A DNA stretch of 64,000 bases, taken from positions 81,002,760 to 81,066,759 of the forward strand of contig JARDVH010000042.1 of the NCBI GenBank assembly GCA_030324005.1. The letters are read 5' to 3'. The translations under genes and the position numbers were made by a program. Numbering within the stretch: the first letter of the stretch is position 1; every line of letters begins with the position of its first letter. This DNA is from Negaprion brevirostris. Taxonomy: Eukaryota. The notes under the pieces were generated by a model, which saw nothing but the letters and a program-made list of their open reading frames with translations, was not told the DNA's origin and ran no database searches. Positions 13,815 through 25,355 of the stretch are shown piece after piece.

Positions 13815-14490
13815 CCATTCAAAAGTCTGATGGCAGCAGGGAAGAAGCTGTTCTTGAGTCAGTTGGTATGTGCCCTCAGACTTTTATAGGAGGAAGAGAG
13901 TATGTTGAGGGTGCGTGGGGTCCTTAACTATGCTGGCTGCTTCTCCGAGGCAGCAGGAAGTGTAGACAAATCAATGGGTGGGAGGATGGTTTAAGTGATG
14001 GACTGGGCTTCGTTCATGACTTTTTGTAGTTTCTTGCAGTCTTGGACACAGCAGGAACCATACCAAGCTGTGATACAACCAGAAAGAAAGCTTTCTATGG
14101 TGCATCTGTAAAAGTTGGTGAGACTCAGAGCTGACATGCCAAATTTCCCTTTGAGAAAATAAAGGCATCGTTGGGCTTTCTTAACTACAGCATTGGCATG
14201 AAGGGACCAGGTCGCGTTGTTGGTGATCTGGACACCTAGAAACTTGAAGCTCTTGACTATTTCTATTTTGTCTCCATTGATGTGGACCAGGGCATGTCCT
14301 CCACTACACTTCCTGAAGTCAGTGATTATCTCCTTCATTTAGTTGACATTGAGGGAGATATTATTAAAGCACCAGTTCACCAGATTTTTATCTTTTTCCT
14401 AAACTCTGTTGTGTCATTGTTTGAGATCTGACTCACTATGATGGTGTCATCAACAAACTTGAAAATTGAGTTGGAGCGGAATTTGGCCAC
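13815..14490 (-). mobile_element. Rex1/Babar-type LINE fragment
   Basis: ORF 13991-14338 KEIITDFRK...FKFLGVQITNN..WS.HANAVVKKAQRCLYFL...LTNFYRCTIESFLSGCITAWYG. Confidence 0.92.
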
Positions 14491-15159
14491 TGTTATAAAG
14501 GGAAGATTGATCTCCTCTCTTTGAACTAACACCTAACTACTCAAAGAGGAGTACTTCACCTCATAATCTGTTAAAAGTGTATGAAAATAGTACGATCTGC
14601 TTTTCAGCAACTTTTAGTGATTAAATCAAAATAACTATCTGAGATTTTCTTTTTAAAAACAACAAGTAACACTTTATTTATTTAACTAACAATGAACAGG
14701 TTAACTCAACTATTAACAAACCAAATAAAACATTATTCTAATGGAATGCTGTTTAGATAAATATAATTCCCACTTATTAACAAAAGAAAAGAAATTTTTT
14801 AGTCACTCTCTAAATTACCACCAGGATTTATTTTCCAGAACTTTGTCTTCTTTCTTCTCTGTGGAATCTCTGTCTTCTTTTGATACCTTTACTATTCAGA
14901 TGAGGCTTTGAGCTAAAAGCTATTAGCTGTAGCACAGAGCAGTTGCCGTGTGTCTCTGGAGCTGAGAGCTGTCTCTTATACCCCTGATGACATACCAACA
15001 TCCCCCAAATAGGATTGATTCCCAGGTTACCAAAACATCAAATTTAAACCTTGTCCTCCGCTCACCCATGGCTATCATTCCCATGGTGGGTGCAACAGCA
15101 AAATTTGCTATCATGTCTCAATTTTACATTATTGATATGCTAATATTTTAATTTAATCA
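14491..15159 (-). mobile_element. Probable LTR (truncated by gap)
   Basis: Begins abruptly with TGTTA at the LINE breakpoint (…TAACA end on minus strand); minus-strand TATA-like GGGTATAAG near 14975-14983 upstream of AATAAA near 14673-14678. Confidence 0.5.
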
Positions 15160-15344
15160 NNNNNNNNNNNNNNNNNNNNNNNNNNNNNNNNNNNNNNNNN
15201 NNNNNNNNNNNNNNNNNNNNNNNNNNNNNNNNNNNNNNNNNNNNNNNNNNNNNNNNNNNACTGCTGGCCCAGTCGGTAATGCCCATGTCCCATGAACGGA
15301 TATTAAAAAAAAAACTCCAGTGTGGTTCTGAGGAATTGTTTCAG

Positions 15345-15955
15345 GGGGTGCTAAACTTCAGATGGGGTATTAAACCAGGGCCACATCCATCTGCTCAGGT
15401 TGAGGACATACATCTCTTTGATGTAGGACATAAACCTATAGAGGACATGCACTGTATTGAGAAAGTAGAGCTGTAGGTGGCACAGTGGTTAGCATTGCTG
15501 CCTCACAGCGCCAGAGATCTGGGTTCAATTCCTGGCTCGGGTCACTGTCCGTGCACATTCTCCCCACGGCTGCGTGGGTTTCCTCCGGGTGCTCCGGTTT
15601 CCCCTCTCAGTCTGAAAGGCATGCTGGTTAGGTGCATTAGCCATGCTAAATTCTCCCTCAGTGTAACCCGAACAGTCGGCAGAGTGTGGCGACTAAAGGA
15701 TTTTCGTAATAACTTAATTGCCGTGTTAATGTAAGCCTATTTGTGACGGGAAGTGTCCTGGACAACGTTTATCCCTCAATCCAAAGCACAAAGCACCTCG
15801 TCTTTATCGCATTGCCGTTCATGGAATCACGGTGCGCGCAAATTAGTATCTTCCGACAACCACACTTCAAAAGTATTTTGTTGATTGTAAAATGCTTTGG
15901 GACGTCTGGCATTCATGTAAAGTGTTATTTAAATACAAGTCTTTCTTTCTTTCTT
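15345..15955 (+). mobile_element. Deu-domain SINE (SacSINE1-like) interrupted by a younger SINE
   Basis: Deu-like GATGGGGTATTAAACCAGGGCC...CTGCTCAGGT resumes after 15747 as GTGTCCTGGACAACGTTTATCCCTCAA; tail AAATACAAGTCTTTCTTT. Confidence 0.7.
15476..15747 (+). mobile_element. HE1-related tRNA SINE nested in the Deu-SINE
   Basis: GGTGGCACAGTGGTTAGCATTGCTGCCTCACAGCGCCAG, B-box GGTTCAATTCC. Confidence 0.9.
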
Positions 15956-16374
15956 ATCCCAATTTGCAAACCACTGTTGAATTATGTATAACAATTCTCC
16001 ACGTACAAGAGAAAAAGTTATCTGGTTTTTGCAGCAATTACCTTAAATTTGTCTCCTTTGCTTACCAACTCTCATGCCAACAGAAACAATCCCTCCCCAT
16101 TTACTTGCTCAAGTATAATTTACACCATTTCCATCAAATCTCCCCATAAACTTCATCTGCTGTGAGGAGAACAATGCCAGTTTCTTCCTTTCCTTTTTAA
16201 TTGAGTAATCATTACCTGATTTAAAATCTCAAGTCATAATAAATTTATATAAGTTTACAAGGGATGCTACAATTTTGTTGCAGCACCGTGGCAACTATTA
16301 ACAATACAAAAAATTGTCGCCAGTGTTTTAACCATTCTTACCACTTACCTACGAGTCTAGGTCGCAATGATTTT

Positions 16375-16660
16375 CTTATTTATTGGTGTCACAAGTAGGC
16401 TTACATTAACACTGCAATGAAGTCACAGTGAAAATCCCCTAGTCGCCACACTCAGGTTCAGGTACACTGAGGGAGAATTTAGCGTGGCCTGTGCACCTAA
16501 CCAGCACGTCTTTCAGACTGTGGGAGGAAACCAGAGCACCCGGAGGAAACCCAGGCTGACACAGGGAAAATGTTCAGACTTCGTACAGACAGTGACCCAA
16601 GCCAGGAATCGAACCTGGGTCCCTGGCTCTGTGAAGCAGCAGTGCCAAACACTGTGCCTT
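16375..16660 (-). mobile_element. HE1-related tRNA SINE
   Basis: Reverse complement of head, B-box GGTTCGATTCC and tail all present. Confidence 0.9.
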
Positions 16661-16712
16661 ACTGAACCCGTGTCCCCAGTGTTAGCCTCAACATTACTGT
16701 CTCTCCCAATAA

Positions 16713-16915
16713 AGTGTGCGTTGCATAATGTGGTCCCACAAAGAGGGAAAACCCTGCCAGAAGACAATGCGATGGACACATCCCGCCCTTTGCCGAAGAC
16801 TGATGAGGAGGAGGATTTGCAATGCCAGCTGGTGTGAATGCCAATCCACTGGAGGGTCTGGGTGCCAGGAAGACAAGAGATTCATTCGTAGTAAGATGAT
16901 TCCTTTCACAATAAT
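16713..16915 (+). mobile_element. Harbinger transposase C-terminal relic
   Basis: CALHNVVPQRG..LPED...DEEED matches the HARBI1-type CCxLHN motif plus acidic tail. Confidence 0.6.
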
Positions 16916-16919
16916 TCTG

Positions 16920-17520
16920 TAACATGACAGCAACTTCTTGGTCCTTGCTCCACCTTCTTTTCTTATCACCCTGTCATTAACACTGAGATCCAGTTTATTT
17001 TCTGATAATCTCTTGGGCAAATGCTTCCATTTAACTAGGCTTACTCTGGGTGTGATGCGTAATGCTAAATTCCCCAATTATTCATGAAATGCCTAAATTC
17101 TTCACTTGTGCACTGAGGGCTACTGTCACACGTCACAATGTCAGGAATGCCACGATGGCTGAAGTGTGTTTTCAGGCAGTCTGTAATCTTACTGGTAGTT
17201 ATTAATATCAGCTGATCTAACTCCCAGTAGTCAGAATAATTTTCCACTGTAACATGATAATCAGTTCCAGCGAGAGTGGATGGTCTATTCTAAGCTTCAT
17301 CCATGGTCTCGCTGGGATATCATTGGTTACTGAGCAGCTCTTTATCTTGCTTAACCTTGATGTTCACTCCAAGCACTGCACTGACTGATATAGACCTTGA
17401 TCTCATGACATGTAATTGTCCAGTAGAGCATTCCTCTTGCCTTCTTCAGATAAGACTCAATTCCTTGATGGTGATTGGATGCAGTTCAGCATTTCTTTAC
17501 TCATCTCTTTAGAGATATAG
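16920..17520 (-). mobile_element. Ty3/Gypsy LTR retrotransposon integrase relic
   Basis: ORF 17065-17247 NYSDYWELDQL...LKTHFSHRGIPDIVTCDSSPQCTSEEFRHFMNNWGI equals the rve core (F.RHGIP..V.SDNGPQF.S.EF..F...W). Confidence 0.9.
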
Positions 17521-17779
17521 ACTCTAGCCACTTTGTCACCTTGGGCAATCACTTTATATAAAGTGATCTTGTGGGACATGGGCATCACTGAATAGTCCAG
17601 CATTTATTGCCCGTTCAGAATTGTTCTTGGGAAAGTGGGATGAACTACCGCCTTAACTGCTGTAGACCATGTGGTGTAGGTACACCCACTGTGCTGTTAG
17701 GGATAGAGTTACCAGATTTTGGCTCAGTGACAAGTGGATGAAAATTGAAACAGTTCTAAGTCAGGATGTATCTGTTGAC

Positions 17780-17948
17780 CCGCACATCTTTGGACTGTGG
17801 GAGGAAACCGGAATACCTGGAGGAAACCGGCACAGACATGGGGAGAAGGTGCAGACTCCACACAGACAGTGATCCAAGGCTGGAATTGAACCTGGGCCCC
17901 TGGCGCTGTGAGGCAGCAGTGCTAACCGCTGTGCCGCAGTGCTGCCCA
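17780..17948 (-). mobile_element. HE1-type SINE 5' half
   Basis: Reverse complement GGGCAGCACTGCGGCACAGCGGTTAGCACTGCTGCCTCACAGCGCC. Confidence 0.88.
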
Positions 17949-18017
17949 ACAGTAGCAGTTAGAAAAAAGAAAGTGACATTGTTATTTATTGTGTCGCTGT
18001 TTGTGGGATCTTGCTGA

Positions 18018-18235
18018 GCATAGACTCAAGAACAGCTTCTTCCCTGCTGCCATCAGACTTTTGAATGGACTATCATATGTTAAGCTTATCTTTGTCGCTA
18101 GCTATGGCTGCAACACCACATTCAGCACCCTCTCCTTACCTTCTCTATGTAGGTATGTTTTGTTGGTATAACACGCAAGAAACAATACTCTTCACTGTAT
18201 ACTAATACATGTGACAATAATAAATCAAAGCAAAG
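18018..18235 (+). mobile_element. Rex1-type LINE 3' end
   Basis: RLKNSFFPAAIRLLN followed by a UTR ending AATAATAAATCAAA. Confidence 0.85.
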
Positions 18236-18424
18236 ATAATTTTTGCTCACAATTTGTTCAGATGTTGAATCCTGTGTTGTCAGGACAGGTGTTAAGCAAT
18301 GATGCTTGGCACCTTGCACAGACATAGAGATAAAGCGCAAGGTGGAATCACTGCAGCACTAGCTTCTCTGAGCTGGTTGATATTGTAGATCCATCCCATT
18401 AGATCCATTGAGGAGATACTGACA

Positions 18425-18772
18425 TCATGGTCATGTCACTGGATTAGTAATCCAGAGGCCCAGGCTAATGCTTTTGGCGTTTGGGTTTAAATTCCACCAT
18501 AGCAGCTGGTGGAATTTAAATTCAATGATTACATTAGTAAATGGTGACCAAGACAGTTATCGGCAATTGTAAAAAAAATCATCTGATTCACTCATGCCCT
18601 TTAGGACCCACCTCAATCCACTGGGGGAGGTATGGTTCCGGGTGGTGCCTATTCCAATTGGCCCGAAGGAAGTATTTCTCCAGCACGTCCACTCCTTTTG
18701 GCGCCAGGCTTTTGTCAAAAAGGGAAACAGAAACGCTCTTTAGGGAAAGAAATCTGCCATCCTTATCTGGTT
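18425..18772 (+). mobile_element. Second tRNA-derived SINE family, carrying a 132-bp insert
   Basis: Colinear with the copy at 36260-36620 except for 18606-18737. Confidence 0.75.
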
Positions 18773-18862
18773 TTTTGTCATTTGTTTTGGCTGCATATTG
18801 TATTTCTTATTAAACATAGATATTAAATAATTAATCAACACAGGGAAGATAAATGGCATCAG

Positions 18863-19050
18863 AAAATGCTGGAAAATCTCAGCAGGTCTGACAGAATCTG
18901 TGGAGAGAGAACAAAGCTAACATTTCAAATCTGGATGACCCTTCGTCAGACGTGAGCTAGCTTTTCAAGCGAAGGGTGATCCACGCTTGGAATGTTGGCT
19001 CCATTCTGTCCACAAATGCTGTCAGATTTGTTGAGATTTTCCAATATTTT
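18863..19050. mobile_element. Inverted pair of Penelope-like pseudo-LTR ends
   Basis: Arm 18863-18945 is the diverged reverse complement of arm 18970-19050; both arms carry hammerhead remnants. Confidence 0.75.
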
Positions 19051-19317
19051 AACTGCTAAATTAATAGTTGCTCACAGAGGGTGAAAACTAATAAATTTAT
19101 ACTTTGAATGGGAGAATCTAATTGTCAGCATCAATTGGTCAAGTATTTTGATCAATACTTAACCTCCATCAGCAATGTGCATGTGCTATGATTGTTATGT
19201 AAAGGAAGTAATTTGCCTAGAATTGTGTTTGCCTCCCAATTAGCAGCAGTGGATGAGAGAAGGTGACTGGGTTTAAGCAATGGCAGGCCTAAAGGATGAG
19301 CTGCAGACATTGCGGAG

Positions 19318-19620
19318 GTGCACAGTGGCACAGTGGTTAGTGTTGTTGCCTCACAGCACAAGGGACCCCGGTTCAATTCTGGTATTATGTGGCTGTGTGG
19401 AGTTCGCACATTCTCCCCATGTGGGTTTTCTCAGGTTGCTCTGGTTTCCTCCCACAGTCCAAATGTTGCTAAGTGGATAGATCTTGCTAAATTGCCCCTT
19501 ACTGTCAGGGGGATTAGCAGGATAAAAATGTGGGTTTATGGGGATAGAGCCTGGGTGAGCTGTTGTCAGTGCAGGAATGAAAGACTTAATGATCTCTTAA
19601 ACTGTAGGGATTCTATGATT
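19318..19620 (+). mobile_element. HE1-type SINE
   Basis: CAGTGGCACAGTGGTTAGTGTTGTTGCCTCACAGCAC head; GGGATTCTATGATT tail. Confidence 0.88.
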
Positions 19621-19639
19621 TGCCCAAAGAGATGGAGGA

Positions 19640-21130
19640 AGATGCAGTGCAAACGGCAGTAAAAAATAGGTCCCTCTCCTCATTTATTGCTTTCCTCATG
19701 AAAGGTACTGATGGAGGCAGTGATGAAGAGAAGAATCATCCTCTTCCCCGCCAGCTGAAAGTCTGCAAGGCTCATCAATATGTGGAGGGACACACAAGGT
19801 CAGCAGCACAGAAACAGGAAGAAGAAACTGGGTGCAGTTCAGGAATTACTTCAATTTCCTATTGAGATCTAGAAAGGTGAGCCCACAGAAATGGCTTCCT
19901 GGTCAGCAGTTACCAGAGTGTAAATGAGAGGGCCACCTTGAGGACATATAGAGTTCTCCTGACTATGGAAGCAATTTGNNNNNNNNNNNNNNNNNNNNNT
20001 CCCTCAATAAACCTCAGCTACTAGGCAGAAGGCTAGAGAGCAGACTGCAGCAGTTTAACACCAGGGAGAATGAGAGGGCATGCTAGAACAATAGGCTGCC
20101 GCAGTCAGTGTTGCTGATGCTTTTTGAGAAGCTGACGTTGACCTGACTAGACTGTCAAGCCATAGGGACACTGAATACAGAGAAATGCGAGTCCGCCTCA
20201 GACAGCATATATCATCTCAACATCACCATGTTCAGGGGATGCATTGCTCTCTGCACAATCAGCTATCAATTCATAAATGGCCATATCATTATTTTTAGCG
20301 GCTTGCACCATCCTTTGCCTTTTCCGATCTCTCATCACTTTCTTCATTCTCTTTCATCTCTCAGAGGGCCTGCAGCGGAGGGGAAGAAGCCCACATTACA
20401 CCAGTAAGTTCCTGAAGAGTCAAAGGAGGAGTCTGCACTACCAGATGATCCTTGCACACCCTCCTACAGCACAGATACTCACACCTCACAGGGTCCTCAT
20501 GCATTATTAGAGAATGGCTGTAAAGATGCACTTTAAAGACTTCATTTGAAACACAAAAGGTATGTGTTAATAAGAAAACAACAGCCTGGGGCTGTAACTA
20601 GTTCCCAAAATGACTTTTTGCTGAAGAGAACTTGGTGATTCCACCCTTTGAGACCTGATTTGTCACACAGACCATGCGACATCTACTCAGCTGTGTTGCC
20701 ATTAAAGGGACAATCACCACAATGATACAGGGTGAAGAACACATCACCATAGAGCAGGAGGATACAGAGTTGGATGTGGCCAATGACCTTTAGAAGATGG
20801 AGGACAGGCACAATCCGGCTGAGCAGGGAGGAGGTGCAGTGCCTCAGAAGTTACAAAACAGCTGGCCAGAGGTCAGAGTCAGCTAAATGCTACGGAGTAT
20901 TGGGATTCGAAAAAAGGAGTCCATTTATGTCATGTGCCCCTCAGTGACCCATACTTTATTTGCACAAGCTTCTCCATTTAGAGAGTGATCAGCCTCACAG
21001 ACAGCCATGTGCAGCATGACTCATACTGGATATAGGATCAGTGCACGGATACCGTGATTTGTAGCATGGACTCATCAGTGGCCCAAATAGCATAATGAAG
21101 GAAGGAGTGGGTGGCAGACTGCATCCCAGC
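19640..21130. mobile_element. Highly decayed Harbinger-like transposon sequence
   Basis: Patchy resemblance to the Myb and transposase relics elsewhere in the window; no intact motif. Confidence 0.35.
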
Positions 21131-21227
21131 TGTTCGTTCCCTTCATGTCACAAGTTTATGAGAGGATAGTGACTGGTATATGCTGCTTTGAACAGAGGAC
21201 AGAGGAATTTATCAACCTATCAAACGT

Positions 21228-21440
21228 AGGTTGGAATTCTCTGGCCGTTCATGCCAGTGGGATTCTCTGGTCCTTCCGATGGTTCACTCCATACCATGGG
21301 TTTCCTGGCAGCCTGGGATGGCTTCAATGGGAATGCCCATTGACAGAGGTGAGACCAGAGGATCTCGCTACCAGTGAACGGCACACCACTTCCCACACTG
21401 TCCCCTCACCAGCATAGTGGGGCAGGAAAATCGTGCCCTT
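21228..21440. mobile_element. Short MITE-like repeat
   Basis: GGTTGGAATTCTCTGGCCGTTCATGCCAGTGGGATTCTCTGG ... GGAAAATCGTGCCC; related to 34935-35113. Confidence 0.6.
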
Positions 21441-22256
21441 TGAGGTGTTGAGACATATTTGATTTAATACAGCATTAATTTTCATATATGTAAGCATTTT
21501 TAACACAGCAACACATACCAAGGCATTTCAGACAGGAAAAAAACAACAAATTCAAAACTATTGCAGGGAACTTTGGAGAGATAACTGGAAGCTCACAAAT
21601 GCTGTTTAACCTTTGCGATAAAGAGACAGTAAGTTCACACTGCTAGTTCCAGGTAAAGTGAAGACTAAGACCAACAGCTATCAAACTCTGAATAGACAGA
21701 CTCAGAATGTGCACCTTAAGCTCAACAACATTTGATTCTTGTGGCAGTAATAACTTGCTAAATACCTGCATGCATAGATTTCCCTACTTGGAAACAAAAC
21801 TGCCAATTTTGGACCCATTGGAAAGTTCTTGGAAAGAGAATTGATTGGAGGCTGACTGCCATTTAACAGATTAATTTAAGAGCATCCATGGTTCTGCAGT
21901 GCCTTTTGTTCTGTCAAATAAATATGCCATTGTTACTTTCAGAGGTGAGGCTGCGATCTGAAGTCTTGACCTCAGTGCCAAATCTTCAAAGCTATGTTAA
22001 AGAGATGCAACAAAGNNNNNNNNNNNNNNNNNNNNNNNNNNNNNNNNNNNNNNNNNNNNNNNNNNNNNNNNNNNNNNNNATTTGAAAAGTGTGACTAATT
22101 TGACTGAACAGGGTTTACACATGCTTTAGTGCAATATACATGTGGGATCATCAGCAATACAAGGTCTGTTGTCAATATTGTAAAACAGTTTGTATGTTGT
22201 ACCCTCTTTGATGTAATACATTTGACACTGAAACATACACTGCAACATCTCTAAAA

Positions 22257-22500
22257 CTGTCTGTGTGGAGTATGCACATTCTCCCCGTGTTTGTGTGGAT
22301 TTCCTCCGGATGCTCCAGTTTCCTCCCACAATCCAAAGATGTGCCGGTTAGGTAGATTGGCCATGTTAAATTGCCCCATAGTGTCAGGGGGACGAGTTAG
22401 GGTAAATGCATGGGGTTATGGGGATGGGGTCTGGGTGGGTTTGTGAGGAGTGCAGAACCAATGGGTCAAATGGCCTCCTTCTGCACTGTAAGATTCTATT
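22257..22500 (+). mobile_element. HE1-type SINE, 5' truncated
   Basis: CTGTCTGTGTGGAGTATGCACATTCTCCCCGTG...GGCCTCCTTCTGCACTGTAAGATTCTAT. Confidence 0.85.
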
Positions 22501-24019
22501 TTACGACACAGATAGCCATAAAACTGTTAACTTTCCACATTGTTACTTATGCAACCCCAGCTTNNNNNNNNNNNNNNNNNNNNNNNNNNNNNNTTGTTGA
22601 AACAACTCATAATTGAAATGTCCTGATTGCTTTGATGTGTAGTGAGAGAATTTGTCAGCAGGTGTAATACTGTACAGAAATAAAGGACTGGATTTTGCAG
22701 CCCCCCAGTGCTATATTTGAAGGTGGCGGGTGGGGTGTTTGGGGAGGGGGCTGGGAGCTGGGGCTCCCAAGAAACAATGTGTGATGTTCCCATTGCCTTC
22801 CCATCCACTTCTGGCCCATCTCCCATTTTATGACACGTAGGGGAGGCATCAGTCAAATCACCCATCCTTTGGCATAATGAGGCCTGTAAGTGGCCAAAGA
22901 ATGGGCGTTTAAAGGCATCATTTCACCTATGCCACCATTCAACCCACAGCAGGGGAGGACCAGGCCATCCGAGTAGCCTGGCAGCTTTTACTGTGGGGCC
23001 AAGTAGAAGTGGGTGTATTCTCTTTTTTTGGGGTTGCCTGTTCTCTGAGCCCATCAGGAGGGCTCCCCCACCACCCTACCCAACCAAAGGACATACCCCC
23101 ATTAATCCTCCCACATTGGGCCTCTCAAACCCACCACCCCCCCTTACCTTCCTCGCTGGGACCTGCCACCTCGGTCTTGCCGGTACCCCAGACTGAGCAA
23201 CATAAACACTTCTTCTTCAGGACTGACTGGTGGTGGCCACCGCTTGAAACTTGCAGTGCGGCACATTCAGATCAACTACAGCTCTCTAATGTGGGGCTTC
23301 TTTCCCAGATAGGGTGGAAATCTCAACCTTTAACAATTAACGCTGTTTCTAGCATAAAATGGCTGCAGGTGCCCTTGTTTAATGTCATGACTTTGTTTTG
23401 AAATGAGTCTAAGCAGGCTTGTCTACCTCACATAAATCCTGTTTCGCTGATTCATTGTTAATGTTAATCGATTAATATTTATAGAGGTGGAACTAGGTAT
23501 TCAGAAGCAGTAGGACAAAAATAAACCTGTTGAAATGACAGCCTTGGAAGTAGCAGACTTTTCTATTCTTCCTGACAATGTGGATGTTCAGAATTCCCAC
23601 ATGATACCCCACAAAATGCAATAGTGACCACATGATTTTCCACCAGCCATATGGATCTCACCTGCTGGATGAAATTTGCAGGTATAATTGGCAGCACAAA
23701 CAATGTTTCAGTCAAAAGGTAATAAATAAATGGATCTGTTGGGTAGAGTGTTATACTTTTGACTGTATCAGTGCCCTTGTTGACACCCAATGCATTTTGG
23801 CATACTACAGCACTAAAAAAGGCACTTAAGTCCAAGCAAGGTTGTTATTACAATGTTTTATTTTTGTTGACACTATTCAAGTGTTTAATGCCTGAAATGT
23901 TATTTATTAGTTATCAACAAGTGGAATTATATCCTCTATGGGGAAAATCCAGGACATATGGTGCCACATATTTAAGAATTATATTTACATTAAAAACCTC
24001 TGCAACCAGTGACTTGGGA

Positions 24020-24480
24020 TTTAGAAGCAGGTGTAGGCCATTCAACCCCTCAAGCTTGCTTCATCATTTGATAAGATCATGGCTGGTAGTGGCTTCAACT
24101 CTACTTTCTTGTCCATCTCCTATAAACTTTGACTCCCTTGTTAGTCAAGGTTCTATCTAACTCAGCCTTAAAACTATTTCAATGATCAGTCTCCACTGCT
24201 TTCTGAGGAAAATAACCCTACAATTAATGATTCTTTGAGAAAAAAAACTCCTCATCTCCATCTTAAGCTGTGTCCTCGAGTTCTAGTCTCTCCATCTCTC
24301 CCCCAAAGAGGAGACATCTTCCTGATATCCACCCTATCAAGTCCCTTCAGTATCTTACATATTTCAATAAGGTCACCTTTCATTCTTCTAAACTCCAATG
24401 GATATAGGCACAATCTGTTCAACCATTTTTCAAAAGATAGGCCCTCCATCTCTGGAATAAGTCGTGAAACTTCTCTGCTT
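24020..24480 (-). mobile_element. CR1-clade LINE 3' fragment
   Basis: MEGLSFEKWLNRLCLYPLEFRRMKGDLIEICKILKGLDRVD...TRTRGHSL. Confidence 0.9.
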
Positions 24481-24514
24481 CTAACACAATTGTATCCTTT
24501 TCAAATAAGAAGCC

Positions 24515-24720
24515 CTTGTGGCGTATCATGTGGGAAATGTGGAACTTGTCCACTTTGAAAGAAAGAATAGAAAATCAGCATATTATTGAAATAAAGAAAG
24601 AAGTTACAGAACTCTGAGGTACAGAGGGATCTGGATGTTTTGGCACATGAATCAAAAATTTAGCATGCAGAAACAGCAAATGATTAGAAAAGCATATGGA
24701 ATTTTGTCACTTACTGAAAG
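24515..24720 (+). mobile_element. CR1-clade LINE fragment, opposite orientation to its neighbour
   Basis: Decayed KC.LVHF.RKNRK..YY and SEVQRDL.VL.HES motifs. Confidence 0.7.
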
Positions 24721-25212
24721 AGTTGTTTATCCCATTTTTAAGAGTCTTCCTGATACTTGATTCTTAGATGCCTTTTAAGGTATAGGGTGAAATGTGTTCT
24801 GCATTTACAGTGAGAAATACATAGTTGACTATTTCAAATGCTTCAGGAAAGTATAATCCTTAAGATGACACATACAAGCTTCCTGTAAGCTGATGTGAAT
24901 GAACTCTCTGATAGGCATTGCAGAACCCAAGGCAGATTGAAAATCTGGAGTCTCGTTCCACCAAGGCTGGTACATCATGTGGGGAGGGAAGAGGGGGTTG
25001 GGGGGGGTGCGGTTGGAAGGAAGGTTGAGCCAGGATTTACTCCAGTTTTTATGCGAATTCAACAGCTAGAATTTTTGGGGGACAATTGCTCCCTAAGCTT
25101 TTCATTTGGCTTCTTAAAATCACTGAACTGCTTTTTCAGCTTTGACATAGATGCAGAGATCATGAGAGAAGAGTCAGGCTACATGTAAAATGTACAATTA
25201 ATATTATGTCCA

Positions 25213-25355
25213 AACCCTCCCCTCCCCCCTCCTCCCCTCTCCCTCCACCTTCCTTTCCCCCTTTCCCTCCCTCCCTTTTCCCTTCCTTTCAATGCCCTCC
25301 AGTTCCTTTACCTCCCCTCAGCTCCTTGCATACCTCTTTCCCACCCTTATCTCCT
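25213..25355. repeat. Polypyrimidine (C/T) low-complexity tract
   Basis: Nearly pure C/T on the + strand. Confidence 0.85.

Noticed and set aside
23581-24552. Inverted match TTCCCACATGATAC.CCACAA at about 23594 and 24516
   Set aside because: Both copies sit in CR1-derived fragments of opposite orientation; not transposon TIRs
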